64,000 nucleotides of DNA, from NCBI GenBank assembly GCA_951406725.2, contig OX597821.1:16678001-16742000 (forward strand), read 5' to 3'. Every line of letters begins with the position of its first letter. Position 1 is the stretch's first letter. The translations under genes and the position numbers were made by a program. Positions 38,191 to 52,800 of the stretch are shown piece after piece. A model generated the notes under the pieces. It was not told the origin of the DNA. It was given only the letters and a program-made list of their open reading frames with translations, and did not search any database. The DNA is from Octopus vulgaris. Its lineage: Eukaryota.

Positions 38191-40626
38191 TAATTGCGTG
38201 ATGTTCTTTACTGTTCATTCAATATGCATGAGATAATATTCTTTGTATTTATATCACTATTCCATTTTACATTAGTCCATGGATCCATATTGACGAGCTC
38301 ATTGGTATGTAATTCAAAATACAGCACCTCAAGCACTTTACAGCTATCAATGTATTTCCTTAATGTCATAGTTAGGGGTGCAATGTCAGAGTAAAAGGGA
38401 CATTGTAGGGTTAGTGTTAGGTTTAGGGTCTCGGAAGCTATTAATGGAAGGGTGAATAAACTGCGATTGATGTTTGCCTGTAAATCATGGTCCCAATGAT
38501 CGCAAAAGATTCGTTTCTGCTAACAACCACACCACATGAATTTCACGAAGGTGACAAACCAAATGAAGCATTAAGTATACCTCGAAATAGTATCTATAAA
38601 TCACGTCAGTGGCTTTTTGCAGCATATGTCACAATTTCACTCACACTTTCAATTTCTCTGCAATACATATTAGATTAATGTGTTTCGCAGTGGATTCAAA
38701 GTTGGCACACCAAGATGCAGCATTTAACCACTTAAGCACACAGCTATACATTTGCATATAAGCTACAGGGATGTAATCTCTGTAGCTTATATATGAATTA
38801 ATGACGATGTGCTTAAGAAGTGAAATGCTGAAATAGAATCGAATATTCTTTTTCCAGTTGTATATTATACTCCGCATCATAACCCCTGTACAACTTGGAG
38901 TGATTCGATGGAGTAACTGAATCCAGAATATCCACTCCAGAGTGGTTATGATATTAATAAGCCCAGTACAATGACGCTAATTTAACATATTTAAAGCTGA
39001 TGACATCACAGGATCAGAGAATTCTTTCACGGCATCATCAATTGTATTCTACATGCTATCATTTCAAACATTTCCTCAGAAAATATTAAGCTGTGATATA
39101 TTACAAATAATCTCCAGTAGATTAAATTTAGTTTGAAATTTCTTTATGAAATGCTTCTTAATTCTTTTCTCATCCGTGCAATATAATCTGTAGCTGCATA
39201 TCTATTTACTTCAAGGGATTAGACTACATGTATGAAAGAGAAATTTGATTTCTTGTTTGTCAAACATAAAAATTCCAGTACCATTAGACCAAAATATTGC
39301 AAAATTATATAATCAACAAAGATTAGCTCTTCAGCATGATGAATATTAGCGTAGGGATTGTTACACCCCAACCCACGTCCTTATTGCAACATCCTACCTA
39401 TTTCATTGAAAACTTAATGTTGCATACATATATATGAATTCGTGTATATGCGTGTATGTGTGTGTGTATACAAAATATGGGGGTTTAGTTCACAGGTGAT
39501 ATATATATATATATATATATACATATGGGTATATGTGTGTTTGTCTCTAAGTATGTATGTGTGTGTGTGTGTGTACTCATGTTTGTGTGTGTGTCTGTGT
39601 GTGTATACACCACACACATTTTTGATCTTTGGTTAACGAATAAAAAAGTAGATCAAATGATTAAAATTTTGGTTTAGACACAAATCGATAGCTACCTAGC
39701 ATTTAAATTTAACGATGCTTAATCCCATTATTTAGAAATAGAAGAATGTCCTGATGTGCCAAATTTTAAAGAATAAATAATTTCACCTAAAATGGACAGA
39801 GTAACAGAGATAACAACGTCTCATATTCTGCCACATTATAGGTTACATATAACTTGATTTTTAGCACCAGAAAACGTGACAAGAGAAATCTTTATTGTTA
39901 AGGAAACCCTATAAACATCCTGAGGCTTCCTATATCCTGGCGTGACATTCGTCCCCTTTCAAACTCTGATACACATTTCTGTAACCTATGCCTGCATGCG
40001 ATGTTGTACACACCTTATGGCGATTTCTCAATTGTTAAGCACGTAACTATTACCTGATAGTTATAAATGACATTTACTCTTCGGTCGGCTTTGAAACTGA
40101 TAACACAACATGTACTTTAGTATCCAGTTTAGCTATAAAGTGTAAAATTCAAAAACATCTTTCCCACTATTAGTCGTCACCCATCAATTTCCAAAACCGT
40201 TCATTTTCCCTTTTTGTACAATAACAATGTCCAAAGCAGTTTGTAATGGAATCGACTATTTGCTCAACTACATTTTCAACTATGTTGTAAGAGCAGGATG
40301 CATTTAATGCGAACAAGAGACAAAATTACCTAATCACTTTTACATCTGTTCACTTGCAAAGAACTACTTTTGCAATACACGATCACAATATATTTAGCAT
40401 TATAAACATAACCATATATGTAATGCATAGTTTACATCTTTTTATATAAATTTTACATTTATTTGTGCTTAAGTTTGACACCTGTTATATTTCTCTGTAT
40501 TCCATACATTCAGTATTTTATCACAACTATCGATTTTCCAAACGAATGGATGATAATAATGAAGCTGCTGTTAATGCTACTATGAGAGTAGTGTTTACCA
40601 GAACTAAAAAAGGAATAAATTAGATA

Positions 40627-40629
<3 letters not shown>

Positions 40630-40713
<84 letters not shown>

Positions 40714-40725
40714 CATGTATGTATG

Positions 40726-40763
<38 letters not shown>

Positions 40764-40826
40764 CATACATACATACATACATACATACATACATACATAC
40801 ATACATACATACATACATACATACAT
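40630..40826. repeat. (TA)n and (TACA)n microsatellites
   Basis: Directly visible. Confidence 0.98.
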
Positions 40827-40829
40827 AGA

Positions 40830-41018
40830 CGCCATGGTAAATCGTTAGCTACTACACACGTTTTTTTCTCTCCTTGTTTTTTCTGTGTCCCTTTCTGAAG
40901 AAGCGCGTAGGCTCGAAAAGTAAAAGACTTTTCTATTCCTGAGCGTTATAATAATACATCTGTTTGTTTTGTACACCACCTGTCTTCCTCTTTTGTTGTT
41001 CTTTTCGCAAACCCTCCC
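40830..41018 (+). mobile_element. Short microsatellite-embedded element with a hammerhead-like motif
   Basis: Lies between (TACA)n and (TA)n. Same layout as 11830-12041: pyrimidine-rich leader, hammerhead, ttcctgagcgt..aataatac, TG-rich tail. Confidence 0.6.
40891..40926 (+). ncRNA. Minimal type I hammerhead-ribozyme-like motif
   Basis: CTTT-CTGAAGA-A-GCGC(GTAG)GCTC-GAAA-AG-T-A-AAAG. 4-bp stem I, exact core boxes, one mismatch in stem II, and AG where the 11930 copy has CG. Confidence 0.65.
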
Positions 41019-41064
<46 letters not shown>

Positions 41065-41119
41065 ACTGGTATTTGAGTACTCTTTTTTCCACCTTGTTTC
41101 ACATTTATGTGTTTACTCC

Positions 41120-41177
<58 letters not shown>

Positions 41178-41180
<3 letters not shown>

Positions 41181-42400
41181 GAGGGTGCATAAGATATTTG
41201 AGGACAGATTTATGCTTATAAAAAGAAAGAGATATATAACTAACGACATATGATAACTTTATTTGTCAAAAAATGCTACGAGGAGGAAAAGAAATCGTCG
41301 TTTCAATAATGTTATTCAATAAAACAACTTTCAGCTTCAACAAGTACTTCTATATGAAATCTAAATCTTCTACATGCGCGAATCAAGTGGTTCTGGTTCA
41401 TTTTGGCCATTACTCTGACTATTGTAGCTTTCAGAGAATCTTTGGTGTTATGTACGTGCTCATTGACCTCTCTCTCAACAACGCCATACATGTAATAGTC
41501 CAATGGATTGAGATCTGGGAAATTAGGAGGCCAAATGTTAGGGATTATGTGATCATGCAAATTTTCAACCATTGATTCCTGTGTTACTAGAGTCATGTGT
41601 AATAGGGAAGATTCTTACTGAAAGACATGGCCTTCCATTGCATACACTGTCTATCCAGGGCATAACAATTATTTCCAGGACCTTAATGTAGGCGGAATAG
41701 TTAACTCTAAGGCCTTGTGAAAACACATAAGGAGGCATCACATGTCCTTCATTGCCGACAACCCCTAAAACTGTCGGCAGTATCAGGAACGTTTGTATGC
41801 ATAAGACTTGGAATTTCAGAAGAGTCTGCACATAAGCATTTGTCATTTCTTCTGTTAACGTTTGGATCTTGGTCGAAGTTTCTTCCTTTGAGAAAAACCA
41901 AATCAAATCTTCTGCTGGATTTTTCAGTTTATTTAAGAGCTTTTTCGATCTGATATAGTAATATTCTATTGCTTTTTCTGGCAAATTTGCCTTTCCTCAT
42001 CATATAAGTCTTATATCCGATGACTTTGTGGACAACATTTCTGATTGATCCTTCTGATACATGGACATATTTTTGCACTTGACCTTATGGACTTTCTGGT
42101 ATAGTAATCAATAGTCTGTTGAACTTGGATAAATTCTGGTGTTCTGATGATACCAGATCATTTAGAATGTTTTGATACAGGTGATACGTTTCCATCTGCA
42201 GTCTCTAGTAGCTCCTAGACGAAAGATCTGGCAACTTATAAAAATCGAGATATTTCTAAATCTCTAGGCTCGGCCTTTTATAACCACAATAACAGCATGC
42301 TTCTTAATTTCTTGAGTAAGCTGAGGGTCAGCGTTTATTATTTTCTGAAATAAAAAAAGATTATACAGAGTTAGCAAAAATTGCAGCAATGGCCCCACAA
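41178..42400 (-). mobile_element. Degenerate Tc1/mariner-superfamily element, maT/DD37D-like
   Basis: IWFFSKE, VLGVVGNEGHVMPPYVF, IWPPNFPDLNPLDYYMYG, RACRRFR..EVLVEAESCFIE*. Left end is TA|CAGGAGG; right boundary uncertain. Confidence 0.8.
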
Positions 42401-42886
42401 AAGGTATGTTTCTACTTTAGGGATTCAGTATGGTACATTTGACATAACAAATAAAAATTGAACTTCAAAGCTTCATCACAGAGTATTGGTAAAGATACAA
42501 GTCCGTATTGGTAAAGATACAATGTAAAAAGTAAAAAAGTAAAAAAAGGTAAAGCCCAAAGCTATATTTAGAAGTTGTGAGATCACACCTTATTGCATTT
42601 TGATGAAGGAGTTAGTAAAGTTAAACGTTATAGGGTGGGATAGATGGGACGATCCTTATATCAGGCGTCATGAGTTAGAAACTAAAAATTATGTAATAGA
42701 ATAGTAATAAAATTTAGTTAGGTTAAACAGAGTTGGGGAATCATTACGTAATTATATCAATAAAGAAATAATTTGGGTATTAATTAAGTGCGATGTTATC
42801 ATTTAATAACAAAAAACTGTCATAACTGGTCAGCTAATAAAAAATAAATATGTACAGAGAGGAATATATATAGGTATGCATGCATG

Positions 42887-42960
<74 letters not shown>

Positions 42961-43035
42961 AAATATTAGGGAATAAATCCAAACTTACAGGGAAAAATCA
43001 GATTTAGGATTGAATCCAATTTTATAGTAAAATAT

Positions 43036-43372
<337 letters not shown>

Positions 43373-43421
43373 ATAACCAGTCTGGCTGCTTGTTTCTCCG
43401 GACATTCAGAATGATGTAGAC

Positions 43422-43464
43422 GCCTATGATGAGGACCCAATAAGGTTCGAAAATCGATTAAGGC
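43422..43464 (+). ncRNA. Type I hammerhead-ribozyme-like motif (C3>A)
   Basis: GCCT-ATGATGA-GGACC(CAATAA)GGTTC-GAAA-ATCGAT-T-A-AGGC. All three stems are present and stem III is the palindrome AATCGATT. Confidence 0.7.
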
Positions 43465-43669
43465 TGTTCATCATTTTTCAGTCTGCGGAGAAATACCTAA
43501 AATTTGCTCTGTTTATAATTATACCATTTGTTACAAATTTATGATACCATAGCTTGATACTGTGTGGACTAAGATCCCCGTCCACAGGCCACCGGTAATT
43601 ATAGTGTTAAGCATTTTGGTATGCAAATTAGGGACTCCTTCATAGAGTAACTTCTGCATTTGCTGACTT

Positions 43670-44156
43670 TAAGAACAGCTTTTTTGTGGAAACGGCGTTC
43701 TCTATGTGGTCACTAATCTCTGCAGTAATTTTGGGAATTGTACTTTTGTGATCCTTTCTAACAATTCGCGTAAGAGTCCGACGGCTCCCATCTCAAAGTT
43801 TTCGTTTTCTTCCGGAGTCTTGTTTCGACGAGGAAGTTTTTTCCTCTTTCTTAAAGGTTGTCATTACTTTCGAGATAGTACTTCTTGATACACCAAACAT
43901 TTCGGCTGTTTTGGTAACGCTAGCGCCTGCTATATGAGCACCGACAATTTGACCTCTTTGACAGTCCGATAGATCTGTCATTTTAATGACCTTTTTCTGA
44001 TGATATCTGATGAGAAACAGCAACTTTAGCAAAACATATTAAGCAACACAAACAATAAATCAAAAACATTAAAATAAACAAGCTTTTGGCGGTTTTATAG
44101 ATATTTCAAAATTATGATGCTATGATGCTTGGTTTTTCCGTTTTGTCCAACCCCTG
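43670..44156 (-). mobile_element. Tc1-like transposon 5' fragment
   Basis: MTDLSDCQRGQIVGAHIAGASVTKTAEMFGVSRSTISKV..SGRKRKL (paired-like HTH plus GRPR-like motif); terminus CAGGGGTTGGACAAAA at 44156. Confidence 0.85.
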
Positions 44157-44255
44157 TTTGTGTTTGTGTTGTGTATATATACATATATATAAACATGTGC
44201 ATTTATATGTATATATACATACGTATACATAAACATATGTGAGTGTATATATATA

Positions 44256-44653
44256 TTTTTTTACTTGTTTCAGTCATTTGACTGCGGCCATGCTGGAACA
44301 CCGCCTTTAGTCGAGCAAATCGACCCCAGGACTTATTCTTTGTAAGCCCAGTACTTATTCTATCGGTCTCTTTTGCCGAACCGCTAAGTTACAGGGACGT
44401 AAACACACCAGCATCGCTTGTCAATCAATGCTAGGGGGACAAACACAGACACACAAACACATACACACACCCCATATATATACATATATACGACAGGCTT
44501 CTTTCAGTTTCCGTCTACCAAATCCACTCACAAGGCTTTGGTCGGCCCGAGGCTATAGTAGAAGACACTTGCCCAAGGTGCCACGCAGTGGGACTGAACC
44601 CGAAACCATGTGGTTGGTAAGCAAGCTACTTACCACACAGCCACTCCTACGCC
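44256..44653 (-). mobile_element. tRNA-derived SINE, full length
   Basis: High identity to the reverse complement of 56105-56509; A-box-like tggctgtgtggt and B-box-like ggttcagtccc. Confidence 0.95.
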
Positions 44654-46032
44654 AAATATATATATATTTGTATGTATATTTATATTAAATGTTATATGTG
44701 ATCAGCGAGATGAAATGTATAAACTAAGAAGGGAAAAGAGTAAATATTAGCCCTGCTGCCGCAAAAGCATTATCAAAAAAATGATGATGTAATAGGAATC
44801 ACTTCGTGCGAATGAAGATTTGGAGAAAAATACTTTAAATTTCTCTTCGAGAATGGACATTTGTTTTAATAAATCGATCTCAGCCTTTCCTCGCAAGCAG
44901 TTAATATGTGGTTTAATAATGCAACGGAGCAAATTCAATTTTACATTACAAGGCCTCCTGGACTTATATTTAATGTATTGTATAGTGAGTTCTTCCCGGC
45001 GTGTTTTATAGTTGTTTCTATTCTTCAGTAATAAGAAATGAATAAAAGCATTTCATCTCATGTAAAAAATATATATAAGTTCTCAATTTCATTTCAGATT
45101 CGTTCATACCCGACAACATTGTTGAGATATCGATGAAAATGCGAAATAATTCGAAATCGATTTCACTAATGTATGGAAGAACTTCCGTCAGATCTTCAGC
45201 TGGAATGGATTGATCTGCCAACAAATGACAGGACTTGTAGTCAAATTAGGACCAATTACAAACCTTGATTGAATTTAGTCCGGAATATTTTACTGCTTAG
45301 CATAAAATATTTGTGTCAACGCATTTTCGAATGGGAAATATATAGAATTCATTTTTACTGCAATTCTTGAAGGATCACCCCCTGGAGTCACCTTTATTTG
45401 TGGGAAGGGGAGAATGCTACAGATCCCTAAAATATGAATCCCGGTTGGACAATATTAAGCCCTTATGAAAATAAATTTAAGGCAGGTTTGATTCAGAGGA
45501 TATGGAAGTGTATGTTCGTATGTTTGTGTGTGCGTGTGTCTTATCAGTGCGTTTGTGCGTGTGTGTGTACATAAAGATCTATGTATATGCAGACATAAAT
45601 ATACATAGATAAATACACACATGAGTATAAACTCTTGCACGCACACGCAAACACAAAAATGTGTATTTATAAATTTTTTGTATAAGTTATTTGTATTTTT
45701 GCTCGATGAGTGGTTTTGCTGAGCTGCCTTGGGACACATCCCTTACCTTTTGACAGGCGTAGCTGTCAATCAGTCAAAAATCTATTCCCGACTAAGTAGC
45801 ATAGCATAGGAATTCAGAGAATGGTGTGCCTATCAAAGGAAGCTCCTCCAACGGACTCGGGTATCAGACAAAATAGTAATGAAAAGAGAAGAGATGTAAT
45901 AAAATACGACGAGTGGCCATGCAGCTTAAACGCAGGATATCCAAGCAATGAAATTACAGTCAGGAGTATTCTGCGCTGAAATCATTACTACATTTAGAAG
46001 ACTGTGAAACGGCTGTAACCCTAAGGGCGTCA

Positions 46033-46076
<44 letters not shown>

Positions 46077-46117
46077 TTACACATATTTATATATATATAT
46101 ATATTTACATTTACATA

Positions 46118-46158
<41 letters not shown>

Positions 46159-46284
46159 TTATGTAGGTACATACATTCATATGCATTGTAGACACGCGGA
46201 CATACATACGTATATATAAAGAGAGGAATACCGCATGACACACCCACACATGGATGAGGAGAAAGAAGAAGGAACAAGTCCAAT

Positions 46285-46286
46285 TA

Positions 46287-46336
<50 letters not shown>

Positions 46337-46409
46337 CATCATCATCATCATAATCATTGTCATCATCATCATCATCATCATCATCATCACCATCATCAAC
46401 ATCATCATT
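46285..46409. repeat. (TTA)n(TCA)n microsatellite
   Basis: Directly visible. Confidence 0.98.
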
Positions 46410-46845
46410 AGTTCAAAGTGCTGAATCTGGAAAATGCATATTTGGAGGGTACATTTCGGTATTACTCAGCATGTTCGTTTACGAAGTTTTCGTTACTTAA
46501 CAAGATGCACAAGGCTTCCTCAATGCACAAGTCACATACGCCGGATAGTATAATATATGGGTGTACATTTTTTAGTTTTCATCATTCTATTTCGTATTTT
46601 ATTTTCCTTCCTGTTTTCTTTTCCTCTGTTTGTATATATACAAAAAATAAAAATGTCAGGTGATATTAGAGAAGAATATATTTATTTGAACACATCACAT
46701 GATGTATATATATATATATATATATACACATCTATACATATATACATACTTACATATTTATATATTTACATATATATATATATACATATTAATGGCGGTG
46801 CCCCAGCATGGCCACAGCTCGTGAGCTGAAACTAGACAAAAATAA

Positions 46846-46880
<35 letters not shown>

Positions 46881-47206
46881 GTACTGATCCGTGATAGAAA
46901 ATTCAACAGAAACAGAAAAAGTACCCCAGCTGGTGAGAGATAAATATCATTTATTTAAAGGTCACAATACATTTATTAAAACCCTACTAATAGTTTTATA
47001 TGTTGAGAGAATTCAAACATATTATCCAGCTGCAAACCACATGTTACGAACTAAAGATATTGGATAATAGAAGAAACACGAAAAGGTGGAGAAGACAGCA
47101 TATAGAACACGAAACAACAGAAAACGAAAACCAGAAACTAAAATGTCAAAAATAAAAAAAAAGTAAAAGGCAAAAAGCTAAAAGAGCTATCCTCCTTAGA
47201 CCTCAA

Positions 47207-47622
47207 ATAATAACGCTGGAAAGATATCAATGCGCCAGGAATAGGCGGAATTTTCCACTTCTTTAGTATATATTTATAGATATGCATGCAACCGCTGAAA
47301 ATTTCTGGCCTGGAGTTCAATAGAGAGTCAGGGGTCTTAGATCTGAACAGGATCTACACTCTTTTAGCCGAGCAAGGGTAACTAAACACTGCATGTGATT
47401 AAATGGAAAGTAATTTAGAAATCTACACCTTATGTGAATGGAGCGAATAAATGTAGACTTTGGCTGAAAGAGCGTAGATCATGTTCAATCTAAGATTCCT
47501 AACTCTTTATTGAACTCCAGGTCAGACGTTTTCAGTGGTCACATGCATGTGCATGAATATATTCTAAAGAATTGGAAAATTCCGCCGATTCCTGACTGAC
47601 TTGAGAAATTTACAGCCTTATC
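47207..47622. mobile_element. Old fold-back/MITE-like element with ~165-bp diverged inverted arms
   Basis: caggaataggcggaattttcca...ctggagttcaatagagag...cttagatctgaacaggatctacactctttt versus aaagagcgtagatcatgttcaatctaag...ctctttattgaactccag...tggaaaattccgccgattcctg. Confidence 0.8.
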
Positions 47623-49187
47623 ATATGAAACTATTAGTAGCAATTTAATATAAGTAATATGAACGTTAAATAAATAATATATACACAAAAACACGCATAC
47701 ACACACACACACTCAAACACAAATAAATACCCCTACAATATAAAGCTTTAATGTAATATCTCTGAATGATTAGCATTTTTTTTTTTTTGTTTCTTGAGCC
47801 CGAAGGACATGAAAACGATTCGTATACATCCCTTTGCCGAACAGAATTTGCTAGGCTTCTGATTTAGAGCGTAGTCTCGGCAGCCAGATACATCCAAATA
47901 TTTGAAAATATTAACTAACTTTCATTCATAGTAATATGTAAGAACGTTTCCTGTCGAATTAGATAAATTTTAAACTATGATTAGAGACTATAAAACAAGT
48001 CTCTTTTAAAAACCAATGAAGCACAAATCAAAATTTATTTGGCACATGTATGAAACTAAAACCACATCTACCAAATAAAATTAAAGTCCAAGTTTCAAAT
48101 ATTGATTTTTTCTTTAATGATAGACATTCACTATATTTCTCTCATGTTCCTCACTTACAAAATGGTTTCCGTATTTTGCTGTAGTATTGTTCAAGAGAGA
48201 GACAAGACAAGAATTATTTTTTTATTCACCTTCAGTGGGTGGGGTAAATAGGACACCGATATATAATGACGTTCCAGAAGAATCATTAAAACGTTCATTT
48301 CAATATATTTACTGGACATTGGTTTAAATACTCACGTGAAATACAACTGTATATTTAGTACAAACAGACAATATTAATTCACAAATTCTGCCATTGATTT
48401 CCAACAAAACGTATTCTTAATGATTTATGCATAATTGCATTTTAATATCTTTAGAAAGAAACTATCAAAAAATCTGAAAGATGGGTTGATTACATCTGTA
48501 AACACCACGTCTTTCCTATGTTTTCTTTAAATATTTTACTACCCCTTCTTTACTAAACTTTTGGATATAGAAAATTTCACCATATTTCTTTTATTGCCCT
48601 ATTATATTTACAAGACACTGCAACTAAATAGGTTGCAGGGCGCCCGCTCAACAGATATCGCAATCACCACAATAAAAGACACAATGAATTATTCATAAAA
48701 TATTCAATAAACTATAATGATTATGGAAATATTGAATAGAATTCGAAGAGTAAAGAAATGCTTCAAGCGACATAGACCATAACATTAGACGAGAACAACG
48801 AGACGGAGAAATGCATGAATATGTAGTTTATTAAGGTAGTAAACCTGAGGGCGATATTAATTGTTTAGAGCGTAGCAGAGAAATGATAAACAGAAGACGA
48901 TAAAGATAGAAGACAAAAATAGAAAGAGAGAGAGAGAGAGAGAGATGGGGAGAATATTGGCGACATAAAGTGAGAGATAAAATATGGAAAAAATATATAA
49001 TGCAATATTAAAGATATCATGGAGGAGCCTTCAGAGTTTTGTGAAGATGAGAGACGTTTGAATGGTTTAATGCAGTTATAAGATGCTGTAGAAACAAATT
49101 AAGATTAAGAGTTTGAACATTGACGGAGATACGTATTACATGTAGTATAAAAGTGAAAGTAGAAATTACATGCAAACAAATGCGCTT

Positions 49188-49218
<31 letters not shown>

Positions 49219-49517
49219 GACTTGAGGAGGAGAAAGAGAGAGAAACACAAACATACAGTGAAACACATTTCATCTACAGCTCTCTACATATATATATATA
49301 TATATATATATACGTCTGTGAGAGAGTTCATTTATATACATATACGTAATATCATGTGCATCTAATATATGTATATGTTAGTATATATAATATATATAAA
49401 CAGATAGATAGTTGTGTGTGTGTCTGTGTGTGTGTTGTTTAGCCACTGTCTTCGTTCTGGGGCCAGTATAAGATCAATGGGGCATTCATACATATGTTTA
49501 TATAAATAGAAAAATAT

Positions 49518-49522
<5 letters not shown>

Positions 49523-49567
<45 letters not shown>

Positions 49568-49590
49568 GTAGGTAGGTAGATAGATAGATA
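49523..49590. repeat. (GATA)n array at the 3' flank of the Tx1 LINE
   Basis: Directly visible. Confidence 0.97.
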
Positions 49591-49881
49591 AGTTTTTATT
49601 GTAGCCACACAGGGCTAAACACAGAATAAAAATGGACGAAATACAATGTAGAATTTTTTCTTTTCGCGGTGGGATGGGTGGGGAAAAAAAAAACCTTTGA
49701 TCAATAGGGATCTGTGGGTTGTGTGGTGTATAAAAAAGCAATATATATATATATATATATAAGGTTCACAGTTTAGGTGTAGCCTTGGAAAGAAAAACCT
49801 ACAAAAAAGACCAAGGTCACCTCAGACAGTTCGAAAATGAACACATGCGTAAGTTGCCTTACTTCTCGTTGTCTCTTTTGG

Positions 49882-52800
49882 TTACAGATTTATGCTTAAA
49901 ATAGTGTCGTCTTTCATACTGACCATTTTTGCCACTTTTACCCACTTTTTATTAAAACATTCGTTCGACAAAGCCTTCCTCTCTATTCTCATCCTCCTTT
50001 TCAAGTGGTACTTGAAAAAGTTGACGAGAGACTGACCAGAGAGGAAGGTGTTTGTTTGCAGTCCTTTCAAACGCGTCCACCACAGACATTCTTTCGCCAT
50101 AGCCATCAGCGTAACGAAAACCGTTTTCCTTTCCCGTTTAAAGGAAGGTGGTGGAACAATATTCACGATAGACTCGGCCGATAGGCGAGCCTGACCTACA
50201 CGTGACAACAGCTGTTCGACGAAGGACCACAACTCTGAAATATCTGGACACTGCACGAGTGCGTGCAGAACGGTTTCGTCGCTCTGACCGCATCTCGGGC
50301 AGGTCGGTCCGGTGATGGTTTTCGAACCGTGTCTGTAGCTCTTCTCTCGAACAGGTAGTGCGTCTCGATAGCACTGCCAAGCCAGGGATTTCTGGAAGTT
50401 ATCCATAGGCCCCGGCCCGAACGTCGTCCTGAACAGGCGGGTTAGGAATTCTTCGTCGACGCCCAGGTTTGCCCCGAGTGTGTCGTCGGACCTCCCCTCC
50501 ACTAGTCCTCTATAGAACGCTTTAGTCGTTTGTAAGTTGCACAAGTTTGACCCCGGTCGGCAGAGCTGCTGTAGAGCTTGGCGACACTCTCGGTGCCAAT
50601 CGCCCAGTTTCGGTCTCTTTTTGATCCACGTTTGCAGTTCGGTCAGTGAGACGAGCTGCGGGAAGTCACGCCTCACAAACGGCGCCCACACCTGTTCACC
50701 GTCGTCGATGAATTTCCAGAGATGTCGCAGTCTCAGCGCATGCCTGCGCATCATCAACCACGGCATGCCCAGTCCTCCATTCAACGGATGTTGACAGCAA
50801 ATGGACTTCCTCACCATCGGAACGCCACCCTTCCACAGGAAGCGGAAGAGTATGCGTTCCAGTTTGGTGATGGTGGGGTCGGGACAAGGTACGACGGTCA
50901 GGCGGTAATCGATGACGGATGCGATGTACGCGTTCGCCACCTCCACCCGGCCTTTTAGAGACAGCTTTCTCTCAGCCCATGTTTGGCTGAGAGCGACCAC
51001 TCTACTCGTGATCTCGTCCCAGTTCTTATCCATTTGGAGGTCCGGACTGAACCAGACCCCGAGCAATTTAACCGGTCCGTCCGTCCAGCGTCCCACTACT
51101 GAGCTGCAGTCGGACGGCATGGGCTTGCTTCTCCAGGTGCCGAGTAGCAAACCCACTGACTTTTCCGGGTTAATCTTTGCTCCCGTCACCGTTTCGTATT
51201 TTCTTAGTGTCTCGCCTATCATCTTGATGTGTTTGTCGCTCGACACTATGACGGTGACACCGTCCGCATATGCCGACACGCTCGTCCCGCAACCCAGTTC
51301 CCGTGGGATGCCCCTCAGTGTCGCCAGCTTCCGCAGTAGCGGCTCGAGAGTCAATACATACAGAAGCGCCGACAGGGGACACCCCTGACGGACCGAACGC
51401 GTGATGTCAAACGGTTTCGACAGGTGACCGTTCACCCGAATCACCGATCGGATGCCACTATACAAGGCAGCGATCCAACCGCGGAAGACGGGACCGAAGC
51501 CAGCCGCCCTGAAGACGGCCGCCAAGTACCGATGGTCGACCCTATCGAAGGCTTTAGACTGATCCAAATTTATCAGCGCCCCACCCATGCCAGGATCCTT
51601 AACTACCCTCTCCACAATGTAGCGCATCAGATGGAGGTTGTCATGTATGGTTCTGCCCGGCACGGTGCATGTTTGCGCCCTGTCGACCAGTTTACCAATG
51701 ACAAGCGCCAACCTCTCGGCTATTACTTTGGCCAAAATTTTCAAATCTGCGTTGAGCAGAGTGATGGGCCTGAAATTATCTATAAAATTCCCCTTGTTTG
51801 AGTCTTTCTTCAGCAACGTCACTGCACCTCGGCTCACGAAACCGGGGATTCTCCTGTTTTGTTGCCAGTTGCAGTAGACTGATGCCAAGAGGTCGCCAAA
51901 CAAGTCTGGCATTCGACAATACAGCTCGTAGGGTAAATCATCCAATCCAGGCGACTTATCCCTCGCGCAGCCCGCCATCGCATCCCACACGTCAGCGGCT
52001 GTGATGGGACTTTCACAACACTCCGCTTCTCTTGCCGAGAGCCGCGGCAGGTCGGTCAGGTAGGCACTGAAATCCATCCCCCGTTCCGACCCACCACTCG
52101 CACCAAACAGTCGAGCAAAGTGCTGTTGAAAGGCCTCACACATCCTTTCGGGTTCGAGTAAACTGCATCCCTGTTGATTTATTAGAGACCGAATGGTGGA
52201 TCTGTTGCCACGCTACGCCTCCGCTACCCGGGCCTCTCGGGCAGCTTCAATCCCTTCGTTCTGACGACGCAACCTTCGTGCTTGGCGTTGAGGTGTTGGT
52301 CGAGGGCCATCCTCGCAGCCAGCACGTTGGTTGCGCTGCCAGTGGTAAGTGCATCTTCTAGTTTCTTAACTAAGTCTCCCTCTACTCTATTGCGTTCTAT
52401 CGCTAATTCCTTGCTAAACCTAATTGATTCCGATTTTATTGCCATTTTCAGGGCGTACCACCAGTGGTTGTTAACGACCGCTCCCGTCAGCGCCCTCTTA
52501 ATTAACTCGCTAATCCGGTTCCTGTAAACCTGTCGCGCTAACAGCGACGCGTTCAGTTTCCAGTAACCGGGACCCTGCCTATGTGTTTTATCTAAGTCGA
52601 TCGTACATGTAACAAATTTGTGATCTGTGTAGCTGACTATTTTAAATTGTGGACATCCTACACTATCCCTATCCGCTGTCCTGCATAGAATTCTATCTAG
52701 ATAAGATCTCGACGATCCGACGCGGTTTGTCCAAGTCCACGTTGGCACGTTCGGATGGTCGAGTCGGAACCTGTCAGACAAATGGAAACGTCTGAGCAGG

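Noticed and set aside
44747-45224. Two protein-like minus-strand ORFs in unique sequence
   Set aside because: No recognisable domain or consistent splice structure; a BLASTx hit or spliced reads would be needed.
46980-47035. Possible decayed hammerhead on the minus strand (CTGGATAA-TATGTT..AACATA-TAAAAC)
   Set aside because: Both core boxes are mutated; only the hairpin and TA context support it.
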